64,000 nt of DNA, taken from NCBI GenBank assembly GCA_037441675.1, contig JBBIRS010000007.1, forward strand, positions 32,001-96,000, in the 5' to 3' direction. Within the stretch, counting starts at the first letter, position 1. The number at the start of each line of letters is the position of its first letter. Shown in pieces: positions 37,276 to 46,712 of the stretch. A program made the translations under genes and the position numbers. The DNA comes from Planctomycetales bacterium. Its GTDB lineage: Bacteria > 4484-113. The notes under the pieces were generated by a model. The model was not told where the DNA came from and ran no database searches. It was given only the letters and a program-made list of their open reading frames with translations.

Positions 37276-39714
37276 ATGGAAATAAAACGGGATAAAGCAT
37301 CAAAGAAGCTGGCGCATCTAAGCCTTGAGCCTGAATTAACTGAAAGCGCTCGGAAAGTTTTACGGAAGAGATATTTGCTTAAGGATGAACGGGCAAATGT
37401 TATAGAGACCGAGAAAGAAATGTTTCAGCGTGTGGCGAGGAACATTGCCTTGCCCGATTTGAAATACAATCCGCAAATTGATATCAGAGAGACGGAAAGG
37501 GAATTCTACGAGTTGATGGTAAGGCTTGAGTTTCTGCCTAATTCACCGACACTGATGAACGCGGGTAGGGAAAAGGGGCAGTTGTCCGCTTGCTTCGTTC
37601 TGCCTGTGGAAGATAATTTGGCGGACATATTTGAATCGGTGAAGAATGCGGCACTGATACATCAGACAGGTGGCGGGACTGGATTTTCCTTTAGCAGGGT
37701 AAGGCCTAAGAATGATGTTGTCCGCTCCACGGGAGGAATTGCGAGTGGACCAGTGTCATTTATTAAAGTATTCAATCAGGCAACGGAAGTCATCAAACAG
37801 GGTGGAACTAGACGTGGCGCAAATATGGCGATATTGGACGTCAGGCATCCTGATATCTTGGAATTCATTACCTGCAAAAGGGATAACGAGGAAATTACAA
37901 ACTTTAATATATCCGTAGCGGTAGATGAAGATTTTATGCGCGCGGTGGAGGAAGATACTAGCTATGAGCTTGTAAATCCCAATACTAAGAATGTTGTGAA
38001 AAAGCTTTCCGCAAGGAAGGTTTTTGAATACATTGTAAATCACGCTTGGCTAAATGGAGAGCCTGGAATTGTCTTTCTAGATAGGGTGAACAAGGATAAT
38101 CCTACTCCTAGCCTTGGAAGAATTGAGGCGACAAATCCATGCGGCGAACAGCCGCTGTTGCCATATGAGGCGTGCAATCTTGGCTCAATTAACTTAAGCA
38201 AATGTGTTACGGAGAATCGCGAAGTTGACTGGGATAAGCTGAGGCGGATTGTGAGAACTTCCGTTCACTTCTTGGACAATGTAATTGACGCAAGCCACTT
38301 CCCCCTTCCACAAATTGAGGAGATAACAAAGGGCAACAGAAAGATTGGCTTGGGAGTGATGGGCTGGGCGGATATGCTCTTTTTGCTAGAGATACCCTAT
38401 GACAGTGAAGAGGGGTGTGCGCTTGCATCAAGGTTAATGAAGTTCATCCGAGAGGAAGCAGACCAAATGAGTCTAGAGCTTGGTGAAGCAAGAGGAACTT
38501 TCCCCAATTGGGAGAAAAGTATCTGGGCTGGCACTCATCTGAAATTTAGAAACGCTACGCGCTTGACAATTGCACCCACAGGAACATTGTCAATTATTGC
38601 TGGGTGTAGTTCGGGAATTGAACCACTATTTGCCCCCGTGTTCGTTAAAAGGGTTATGGAAGGAACTGAGCTTGTTGAGGCGAACTCCACCCTTCTGAGG
38701 ATTGCCAAGTCGGAGGGCTGGTATAGCGAGGAGCTGATGCGCGAAATTGCCAGGGCTGGAACCTTGAGAGGCTACAAAGAAGTACCGGAGAAATGGAGGA
38801 GGATTTTCGTTACTAGCAGGGATATAAGCCCAAAGTGGCATATAAGAATGCAGTCCGCCTTCCAGGAGCACGTGGATAACGCAGTGAGCAAGACGGCGAA
38901 CTTTCCCGAAGACGCAAAGGCTGAAGATGTGAAGGAAGTTTTCCTTTACGCTTACCAGCTTGGATGCAAAGGGGTAACGGTTTACCGATACGGAAGCAGG
39001 GAGGAGCAGGTTTTGAGTCTAACTACGCATAAGCGGGAAGAAGTGGCGAAGAAGGAACAGCTTTCTTTAATCCAGCCAGTACTACCTGGAATGCAGATAA
39101 AGCCACGACCACGACCTCCTCTTGTTAGAGGCGCTACGACGTTTATTCAAACTGGTTGCGGTAAGATGTACGTCACCATCAACGAGGATGAGGATGGAAA
39201 TCCCTTTGAAATTTTTGCGCAAATTGGAAAAGCTGGTGGATGCGCTGGTGCATACTCCGAAGCGTTGGCAAGATTGATAAGCCTATGCCTGAGAAGTGGC
39301 ATTGCAATTGATAGCATCCTTAAACATTTGCGGGGGATTTCATGCCCATTTCCACAACTGCTTCCAGGAGGTGAAAGGGTTTACTCATGCCCCGATGCCA
39401 TCGCTAAAGCGGTTGATAAGTATCTTGAAAATAAGGGGATGCGAATCGAGAAGTATCCATATCTAAAGAAACAGGGAAAGAAGGAGATTGAAACGCTTGA
39501 GTTAAGTCCAAAAAGCTTCGGAATGCCTGAAGAGGATGAAGGTGAGGAGGTGGAGGAAACTACTTCGCTAAGGATAAATGAAAACTCACTGAGATTTGAA
39601 ACATTCACCGATTTATTTAGAAGCTTGGTTGATATCTGTCCCGACTGTGGCGGAAGTCTTCTTCACGATTCGGGGTGCCTTTATTGCAGGATATGCGGTT
39701 ACAGCAAGTGCTAG
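37276..39714 (+). CDS. nrdJ: Class II (adenosylcobalamin-dependent) ribonucleotide reductase, copy 2
   Basis: [59 protein letters not shown]-type SCPDAIA, terminal CPDCG..C..CGYSKC; no ATP cone. Confidence 0.95.
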   Translation: MEIKRDKASKKLAHLSLEPELTESARKVLRKRYLLKDERANVIETEKEMFQRVARNIALPDLKYNPQIDIRETEREFYELMVRLEFLPNSPTLMNAGREKGQLSACFVLPVEDNLADIFESVKNAALIHQTGGGTGFSFSRVRPKNDVVRSTGGIASGPVSFIKVFNQATEVIKQGGTRRGANMAILDVRHPDILEFITCKRDNEEITNFNISVAVDEDFMRAVEEDTSYELVNPNTKNVVKKLSARKVFEYIVNHAWLNGEPGIVFLDRVNKDNPTPSLGRIEATNPCGEQPLLPYEACNLGSINLSKCVTENREVDWDKLRRIVRTSVHFLDNVIDASHFPLPQIEEITKGNRKIGLGVMGWADMLFLLEIPYDSEEGCALASRLMKFIREEADQMSLELGEARGTFPNWEKSIWAGTHLKFRNATRLTIAPTGTLSIIAGCSSGIEPLFAPVFVKRVMEGTELVEANSTLLRIAKSEGWYSEELMREIARAGTLRGYKEVPEKWRRIFVTSRDISPKWHIRMQSAFQEHVDNAVSKTANFPEDAKAEDVKEVFLYAYQLGCKGVTVYRYGSREEQVLSLTTHKREEVAKKEQLSLIQPVLPGMQIKPRPRPPLVRGATTFIQTGCGKMYVTINEDEDGNPFEIFAQIGKAGGCAGAYSEALARLISLCLRSGIAIDSILKHLRGISCPFPQLLPGGERVYSCPDAIAKAVDKYLENKGMRIEKYPYLKKQGKKEIETLELSPKSFGMPEEDEGEEVEETTSLRINENSLRFETFTDLFRSLVDICPDCGGSLLHDSGCLYCRICGYSKC

Positions 39715-39806
39715 AGATGCTTTACAGCTATCCCAATGAAAGATAAAGCGGTTTGACGGGCGCGAAACTATAGGCTTTCAATTCAGGCGAGATACACAAA
39801 AAGAAA

Positions 39807-40418
39807 CTAAGGTTCCAATCCTAGTGAGGCGGTATCAGGGTCAATCGTGGCAATTTCTCTAGCGCAATCGGGGCATAGGGCGATGAGAGTCCCATCCGCA
39901 CTAATGATGGGTGTTGCAACAGGCGCGCCACAATTTTCGCATGTGTCACCAACTTCCTCATTCTCCGAGGAAGCAGATGCGACCATTGATTGAAGAATCC
40001 GCCTTCGCCACTTTTCCCACATCTGATAGATTTCGCGCCTCTTCTGCCGAGTTTTTTCCGCTTCCCACGCGGATTTGGCTAGCTCTCTGCCAGTTTCTAA
40101 GTGCTCATCGCAGAAGTAAAGAACGATGGAAGTTGGCATCAGACTTCCCGCAGTGGGTTTGCTCCCACAGATAAAACATTTCTCCTCCGGAAGAAGGAAG
40201 TATGGAACTTTCTCCTGCTTCGTTGGGACTTCCGCCTTGACGCTTGGCAAAATCGTGAGCTTCTCATCCCTCTGCTTAAGCTCTTCCAGTGGAGCTTGGT
40301 CGGACTCTTCCACTTCAGGCTCTTCTTCACGGGAGTCTTCACTCTGCAATTTCTTCAGAAATTCACGCAGAGCCTGTTCAATCTGCTCACGCCTAATTTC
40401 ATCAATTGAGCCAGCCAT
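39807..40418 (-). CDS. Hypothetical protein with two putative zinc-finger modules
   Basis: CFICG...FCDEH and CENCG...LCPDC separated by a charged helix. Confidence 0.65.
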   Translation of the reverse strand: MAGSIDEIRREQIEQALREFLKKLQSEDSREEEPEVEESDQAPLEELKQRDEKLTILPSVKAEVPTKQEKVPYFLLPEEKCFICGSKPTAGSLMPTSIVLYFCDEHLETGRELAKSAWEAEKTRQKRREIYQMWEKWRRRILQSMVASASSENEEVGDTCENCGAPVATPIISADGTLIALCPDCAREIATIDPDTASLGLEP

Positions 40419-40486
40419 TTTAGCCCGCTATTATGGTAACAGCAAAAATTGATTAGTGCAAAGGAGAATGGCGATATAATTCCAGC

Positions 40487-41971
40487 GTGCTCCTTGGGAT
40501 TACTCTTATCTTGGTAATTGCGCTAATAGTATTAGTTTTATTTCTCTTCAAGCCCCCTACCGCTCTTGTCTTGCCCATTGGCGCTATTCTAATTGCAGTT
40601 ATCGCACTTCTTGGTAGCATAATTGATGGTAATGTCCATTACGCGCTCTCCACCATTCTAAGCAAGGTCATCGGCGGAGGGATGGGAAGGCTCTTTGTGC
40701 CAATCATCGCGGTGTTTCTCGGAGCGGTTATTGCTCAGCAGGTTACAGACGCGGGTATCACTTCAAAAATTCTCGCCTATGGAGCGGAATTCGCGGGGGA
40801 ATCCGTCTTCTTCTTGACTGTGACACTATTCGTCATTACCGCGCTTTTATTTACTAACATCGGCGGTCTTGGCGCGGTTATTATGGTCGCAAGCACAATT
40901 GTGCCTCTGATGCTCGCAATCGGCTTGGACAGGTTGACCGCAGGCGGGGTTTTCCTTCTTGGACTTTCCCTCGGCGGAATCCTCAATCCCGTTAACTGGC
41001 AATTCTACATTAGCATTCTCGAGCTTGAAGTTTCAGAAATTATTCCTTTCGCACTCGCCTTGTCAGGAGCTTTCTTTGCGGTATCAATACTATTCATCCT
41101 CTTGAGAATAATAAGAACCGTAGGCTTAAAGCAGGCTGAGCTATTTTGGCTATTGGGAATTTCCGCGGTGGCGCTTCTTTTGGGATGGCTATCTTTCACA
41201 TCTTCAAGCTTTACTCTGGCTCTTAAGACGCTCCTATTTTATACGCTTGTTAGTGGACTTACGCTTCTTCTACTTGGGTTAGCGATTAGATTGATATCCC
41301 GCGGAAAAGTGCTTCCCGGAAGGGTTAATGTCATCTCGGTTTTTGCGCTACTTTTTCCAGTGTTGCTCATTCTTACTGTCAATCTGGGAAACTATTTAGT
41401 AGCTGGAGCGGGCAGAGAAGCTTTCTCTTTGGACATAATCTCCGCGCTATTTCTTGGAGTAATATTTGCGCACCTGAGCACGCTAAAGTTCGCCGGTGGC
41501 GAGACAAACAGGCTTATGAAGGCGCTTTACGACGGCTTCAAAATGGCAGTGCCCGCTATTCTTCTCCTTTTTGGAATTGGGATGCTACTGGAGGCTACCA
41601 CACTTTCGGAAGTTAGTAGCGCAATGCATCCGCTGATTCAGTCTCTTGTTCCGCGAAACTCTTTCGCTTACGTTGCCATCTTCAGCATTCTTTCACCCCT
41701 TGCGCTTTATCGTGGGCCCTTAAATCTCTATGGGATGGGAAGTGGAATTATGGGGCTTATACTTAAAACAGGCGCTCTGTCTCCACAGCTTCTTATGGGC
41801 GCTTTTTTCTCAGTTGGTATGATGCAGGGCGTTTGCGACCCAACTAACACGCATAACGCATGGCTCGCGGGATTCCTCGGCGTTCGTGTGACTGACTTGA
41901 CAAGGGTGACGATTCTATTCGTTTTTGTGATTGTTCTTCTCGGACTTGTGATTGCTCAGGCAGTTTTTTAA
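40487..41971 (+). CDS. Ion-transporter superfamily permease (GntP/citrate transporter-like)
   Basis: More than 12 TM segments; GGLGAVIMV, LALYRGPLNLYGMGSG, QGVCDPTNTHN. Confidence 0.75.
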   Translation: MLLGITLILVIALIVLVLFLFKPPTALVLPIGAILIAVIALLGSIIDGNVHYALSTILSKVIGGGMGRLFVPIIAVFLGAVIAQQVTDAGITSKILAYGAEFAGESVFFLTVTLFVITALLFTNIGGLGAVIMVASTIVPLMLAIGLDRLTAGGVFLLGLSLGGILNPVNWQFYISILELEVSEIIPFALALSGAFFAVSILFILLRIIRTVGLKQAELFWLLGISAVALLLGWLSFTSSSFTLALKTLLFYTLVSGLTLLLLGLAIRLISRGKVLPGRVNVISVFALLFPVLLILTVNLGNYLVAGAGREAFSLDIISALFLGVIFAHLSTLKFAGGETNRLMKALYDGFKMAVPAILLLFGIGMLLEATTLSEVSSAMHPLIQSLVPRNSFAYVAIFSILSPLALYRGPLNLYGMGSGIMGLILKTGALSPQLLMGAFFSVGMMQGVCDPTNTHNAWLAGFLGVRVTDLTRVTILFVFVIVLLGLVIAQAVF

Positions 41972-42081
41972 CGGAGGGGAGACATAAACGGGCAAATTGA
42001 TCCGCGCGGGGAATAGAGAAAAAAGCGCAAGTTATGAGAGAAGATTTTAGAAGGAACGCCAGGGAGAGATGGTGGGGGAAC

Positions 42082-42106
42082 GACACGCCAGGAGACGGGC
42101 GTGATA
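42082..42106. repeat. Isolated module of the REP-like family, locus 6
   Basis: GACACGCCAGGAGACGGGCGTGATA matches GACACGCCCGGCGACGGGCGTGATA at 17900 at 23/25 positions. Confidence 0.7.
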
Positions 42107-42252
42107 TAAGAAAATTATCAGAGGTTAAGGATTAGCCCAAAGCCGCAAGCGCCCCTGATGGAGTGTGAATTATTGACACATCATACTCAGTTTTTGGTAT
42201 ATTTATATTTAATATAGCCAGAGGCTAATAAATTAGCCTTAAGCTCATAATT

Positions 42253-42324
42253 GCGGAAGTAGTTCAGTGGTAGAACACCACCTTGCCAAGGTGGGAGTCG
42301 CGGGTTCGAATCCCGTCTTCCGCT
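42253..42324 (+). tRNA. tRNA-Gly (anticodon GCC), CCA not encoded
   Basis: Acceptor stem GCGGAAG/CTTCCGC, anticodon arm CACC-TTGCCAA-GGTG, T-loop GTTCGAA. Confidence 0.97.
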
Positions 42325-42375
42325 TTTTTCATGTTTTCAATTCCTATCTATTATCCTGGTAGAATAACGCTCATC

Positions 42376-42582
42376 ATGCGAAAGAAGATTCTTCCTAGTG
42401 ATGATGAAATCCTTGAGCGAACAGGGAAATCAATTGCGGAGTGGTTCAGCCTTATAGAGGAAGCTGGTTTCCTTGACAAGAAACATGGCGAGATTGTTGA
42501 ATGGCTACTGGATGAACAAAAACTTCCACTCTTTTACGCTAATGCCATCGGACATAAACTTGAAGAGAAGCGTCAAAGTTAG
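42376..42582 (+). CDS. DUF4287 domain protein
   Basis: ILERTGKSIAEW..KKHGEIVEWL...YANAI; start moved to ATG 42376 because the longer ORF overlaps the tRNA. Confidence 0.8.
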   Translation: MRKKILPSDDEILERTGKSIAEWFSLIEEAGFLDKKHGEIVEWLLDEQKLPLFYANAIGHKLEEKRQS

Positions 42583-42609
42583 AAAAGCTGAAGAATTTGC
42601 GAAGAAGCT

Positions 42610-43953
42610 TTATTTTACAAGCTCAATTTGGGCTATTCTTAATTGACACTCAAGGGATTTGGAGAAACTAACGGGGTAAGGCTTAGCTTTAGAAAGTATC
42701 AGAAGCCTCTTGGGAAGTTTACTCATACTACTTCTGACCCTATCTCTAATTTTTTCTAAGGGCTCCTTAGCTCTTATTCTTTTTCCACGCTTAAACACTT
42801 GCACCATTTGCGGGAATGGATGACCGGGCAGTTTTTCATTCTCAATTCCAATGACATCTCGCACAAATTTTCCGTTTCTTATATATCTAAAAGTCTGTTT
42901 TCTTCCTGGATAAAGTATCTTATCCGTGCTCAACTTTACTCTCCCAGAGACTTTGCCTTTTTTAATCACCTCAACAAGCTTGTAAACGCCATTAACCACC
43001 GGCTCGTCCACCGAAACGGTCATTCTAGTTCCCACGCCAAAAGCATCCGCTGGAGATTTGGCACGCAGTATCTCATCAATTCGGTATTCATCTAAATCGC
43101 CGGAGAGAAAAATCGTAACGTGCTTTAACCCCGCATCATTCAGAATCTTCCTAACCTCTTTTGCTTGTTTGATCAAGTCACCTGAATCAATTCTTACGGA
43201 TTTAAGGGATTCGCCGAGTTTTACCGCATTCTTTGCGCCCTGTATCGTGTCGTACGTATCTATCAGCATTACACCAGCAGTGGGAAGAGCGGAAATATTA
43301 GCTTGAAACGCTTCCAATTCGTTGTCAAAGGCTTGCACCCAGGAATGAGCGACAGTGCCGTAAACAGGAATTTTGAACTCCTTGCCCGCTTCCAAGTTGG
43401 ATGTGCCGACGCAACCTGCGATGTAACATGCCCTTGCGCCGAGCATCGCGGCTTGTGTGCCATGAGCCCGCCGAGAACCAAACTCAACCACAGGTTTTCC
43501 ACGTGCAACACTAACTACCCGCGCTGATTTGCTCGCAATGGCGGTAGAATGATTCACTGTCGCAAGAAGAGCGGTTTCAAGAAGTTGCGCTTCAATAATT
43601 GGAGCAGTGACCCTTATTATCGGTTCGCCGGGAAAAACGACTGTTCCCTCCGGGAGCGCCCATACATCCCCGCTAAACTTTAGCTTCCTAAGAAATGTAT
43701 AAAATTCATCTGGCAGAGGCTTGAAAACTGGTAGGCTTCTAAGGAATTCAACCTCATCATCCTGAAGGCGAAAGTTTTCAATAAATTCAAACGCCACTTC
43801 CTGACCACAGGAGATGAGATAATTTCTATTTTCGGGCATTCTACGGACGAAGAGCTCAAAGGTCGCCCACACGTCAGTCATCCCGTGAACGAAGTAACCT
43901 CCTGCCATTAGATATTCGTAAAGGTCAGTAGCTAGCGCACTAATTGAAACCAT
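42610..43953 (-). CDS. pncB: Nicotinate phosphoribosyltransferase
   Basis: TDLY, EFGSRRAH, GTVAHSWV, LIDTYD, VRIDSGD, FGVGT, VYKLV. Confidence 0.96.
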   Translation of the reverse strand: MVSISALATDLYEYLMAGGYFVHGMTDVWATFELFVRRMPENRNYLISCGQEVAFEFIENFRLQDDEVEFLRSLPVFKPLPDEFYTFLRKLKFSGDVWALPEGTVVFPGEPIIRVTAPIIEAQLLETALLATVNHSTAIASKSARVVSVARGKPVVEFGSRRAHGTQAAMLGARACYIAGCVGTSNLEAGKEFKIPVYGTVAHSWVQAFDNELEAFQANISALPTAGVMLIDTYDTIQGAKNAVKLGESLKSVRIDSGDLIKQAKEVRKILNDAGLKHVTIFLSGDLDEYRIDEILRAKSPADAFGVGTRMTVSVDEPVVNGVYKLVEVIKKGKVSGRVKLSTDKILYPGRKQTFRYIRNGKFVRDVIGIENEKLPGHPFPQMVQVFKRGKRIRAKEPLEKIRDRVRSSMSKLPKRLLILSKAKPYPVSFSKSLECQLRIAQIELVK

Positions 43954-44073
43954 TCCTTTCGCCTCTCATCATTCCGAATTATAACTTAACGAGGGAATCA
44001 AGCTATAAACATTTAAGTTTTTTCCCAAGCAATAGATATAGACTAGAGTTAGCAAGGCTTACGGACTGGTAAA

Positions 44074-44664
44074 ATGTTACTTGTGGTTAAACTCACGCTG
44101 TCAAGAGTGCATCCTATTGTCCTTCATTCATATCTGCAAGCTCTTTGGCGATACGACCCTGACGCGTTAAAGAATGTATGCGATGAACTTAGAGTAAACC
44201 CTTCATCAATCTCCGCATTGGCAAAATCTGATAAAGCACTATCAGATTACCCCGTTAGATCGTTAATTTCAATTATTTTTTTGCATCCGAAGTTTGACGA
44301 TATTTCACGACTGGCTGGCGATTTAGCAACTAGCGAATGTGGAGCCGATAAAAAGGGGGGAAACACTATTGAGATTCTTTCAGTTGCACTTTCCTCTTTG
44401 GTCAAGCTTTTACCATCCATCAAGTATGAGTTCGTGCGACTTCCCTCTCTTGGCTTACGAATTAAAGATTCTCCCTTTGTTATCAGCGAAAGCGCATCTC
44501 CGACCTGTGGTTTCATTTCAGGCTTTCTATCATCAATACTGGTGATGGCTAATGCTAGACAAAAGTGTGTATATGAAACAATGTGCGTAAGCACCAACTT
44601 TGAGGCAAAGGAATGTCTTTTTGAAATAAGTAAGTCGCCAATAAGTTACTCAAAAGTAAAATGA
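44074..44664 (+). CDS. V4R (4-vinyl reductase) domain protein
   Basis: PTCGFISGFLS..VYETMC...ECLFEI; the true start may be GTG 44083 (leaderless). Confidence 0.72.
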   Translation: MLLVVKLTLSRVHPIVLHSYLQALWRYDPDALKNVCDELRVNPSSISALAKSDKALSDYPVRSLISIIFLHPKFDDISRLAGDLATSECGADKKGGNTIEILSVALSSLVKLLPSIKYEFVRLPSLGLRIKDSPFVISESASPTCGFISGFLSSILVMANARQKCVYETMCVSTNFEAKECLFEISKSPISYSKVK

Positions 44665-46712
44665 GAAGAGAATTAAAATATTGTGGACTTTTATTTCTTC
44701 GCTTTCTTGCCTTCCTCCTTTCAATCTTTATATGGCAGGCTAGCGGTTGCGATATCGCCTCTGGTTCAAGAAGCCCGATAATATCTGGCACAGTCAAACT
44801 AAGTTCAACAGAGGAACCATTAGAAGGAATACCTGTTGGAATTGTACCGTGGGAAGTGGGAAGGCGCTCCCTCGCCACAGAATTGATTAAACCCTACAAG
44901 GTAACACGCACGGATAAGAATGGAAGTTTCAGCTTCTACCTCACTGGCAATTTAAGAAAGTCGCCATCGTTTCTTGTATTTACCTATGATGAAGTTTATG
45001 AGAACCAAGCCTATGATGGCATAACTTTCTCCGGCGTTTACCCAACTAGAAAAGAAATAGATGGCAAGGCAAAACCTTACTATCCCAATGAAACTGAGAA
45101 GGTAAATTTTTCACTTCAACCTGCGGTTAAGGTTGTTGATCCAGTACTTATACCAATGCGAGATGGGGCAAAACTTAGCGCGGTAATGTATATGCCGAAG
45201 CGGGATGGGAAATATCCGGTTATTTTACTGCGCACTCCGTATGGCAGGCACAGCAACCGTGAATACGCAAGCATTGCGCGTGAGGGCTATGTTATAGTGT
45301 CTCAGGATGTTCGGGGTCGGGGTGAGTCGGAAGGCGAAAATCTTGCTTTTGTCAATGATGCGTGGGGAGAGATTCAGGATGGCTACGACACAGTTGAATG
45401 GCTTTCCAATCAACCATTCTCTAACGGAAATGTGGCAACTGCGGGAGGGTCAGCGCTCGGGATACTGCAGGAGTTAATGGCAGGCGCACATCCTCCTCAC
45501 TTGAAGGCGCAGGTTATTGCGGTGGCTGTCCCTAGCCTGTATCATTACGCGGTTTACCCTCAGGGCGTTTACCGTAAAGAACAGGTTGACGGTTGGTTAG
45601 AAAAGCATAAGTTTGACCCTAAAAACTTATCGCTTATGAGGCAACATCCGTTTTACGATGAGTTTTGGGCAAACTTAAACTTGGAAACGAGAATAGAGGA
45701 GGTGGATGAGCCGAGCTTACTAATCGGCGGATGGTACGATACTTTTTTGGAGGGAACAATTGCGTCCTATAAACTCCGCACAAAGCTCGCAAAAAGGTCT
45801 GCCAGCGAGAATACCTATCTCATTATTGGTCCATGGACGCACGGAAATATCTTCAGTCAATTTGTCGGGGAGTTGAAATTTCCAGCTGAAGCTGGCAGGA
45901 CTTTCTTTGGCGAGATTCTTTCGTTTTTGAACTATTACCTCAAGGGTATTGAAAGCGTCTTTCCAAACAAAGCGCCGAAAGTTCAGTATTACGTAATGGG
46001 GGATCTAAGTGATCCAGGACAGCCTGGGAATTTTTGGATGAGCGCAAGCGATTTTCCACCTGAGGTAGAAATTGCCCGCCTTTTCCTTACAGGAGAAGGA
46101 AAACTTTCTCCACGCGAGCCAAATGAGGAGAGATCATACTCCAAAGTATCCTTTAATCCTGAAGAACCTGTTCCGACGGTGGGCGGGAGGAACTTGAATA
46201 TTCCCGCAGGACCAGCAGATCAGCGACAGGTTGAGAAGAGAAGCGACGTTATACTTTGGACGAGCGATCTTTTGAAGGAGCCGTTACCCATCGTGGGCTT
46301 GGTCAGAGCTAGCATAAATCTCGCCACTGAAGGGAAGGATGCTGATATTAACGTCAGATTGACTGATGTCTATCCGGATGGAACTTCATTTCTTATCCTT
46401 GATGAAAGTGCAAGATTATCGATGCCACCACCATACTCCAAGCCGAGAAAAATTGAGCCTGGAACTTTCTATCTGATTGATGTTAACCTTGGGCATATCG
46501 CTTACATCGTTAACAGGGAACATAGGCTGAGAATCGTGATTTCTGCAAGCAATTATCCTCGCTTTGAAGTTAACAAGTCTGCAAGCGAGAGCGGTGGTCT
46601 TTTAAATATTTTTCTCTCGGTGGGAAAAGATAAACCATCATACATTGACCTGCCAATCTACGAGCGTGTTCTTGAGAAATTTGAAGAGCTTAGAGGAAAG
46701 AAAGATGAATGA
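44661..46712 (+). CDS. CocE/NonD family hydrolase, exported or lipoprotein
   Basis: IPMRDG, LLRTPY, QDVRGRG.SEG, DGYDTVEW, GGSALG nucleophile elbow, GGWYD, IGPWTH, SNYPRF. Confidence 0.92.
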   Translation: MRRELKYCGLLFLRFLAFLLSIFIWQASGCDIASGSRSPIISGTVKLSSTEEPLEGIPVGIVPWEVGRRSLATELIKPYKVTRTDKNGSFSFYLTGNLRKSPSFLVFTYDEVYENQAYDGITFSGVYPTRKEIDGKAKPYYPNETEKVNFSLQPAVKVVDPVLIPMRDGAKLSAVMYMPKRDGKYPVILLRTPYGRHSNREYASIAREGYVIVSQDVRGRGESEGENLAFVNDAWGEIQDGYDTVEWLSNQPFSNGNVATAGGSALGILQELMAGAHPPHLKAQVIAVAVPSLYHYAVYPQGVYRKEQVDGWLEKHKFDPKNLSLMRQHPFYDEFWANLNLETRIEEVDEPSLLIGGWYDTFLEGTIASYKLRTKLAKRSASENTYLIIGPWTHGNIFSQFVGELKFPAEAGRTFFGEILSFLNYYLKGIESVFPNKAPKVQYYVMGDLSDPGQPGNFWMSASDFPPEVEIARLFLTGEGKLSPREPNEERSYSKVSFNPEEPVPTVGGRNLNIPAGPADQRQVEKRSDVILWTSDLLKEPLPIVGLVRASINLATEGKDADINVRLTDVYPDGTSFLILDESARLSMPPPYSKPRKIEPGTFYLIDVNLGHIAYIVNREHRLRIVISASNYPRFEVNKSASESGGLLNIFLSVGKDKPSYIDLPIYERVLEKFEELRGKKDE

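Noticed and set aside
34386..39714. Inteins or introns in the nrdJ genes, or a split nrdJa/nrdJb pair
   Set aside because: Catalytic motifs are contiguous, no intein termini or LAGLIDADG motifs are seen, and both genes are complete.
42283..42375. N-terminal extension of the 99-aa ORF
   Set aside because: It overlaps tRNA-Gly; DUF4287 similarity starts at ATG 42376.
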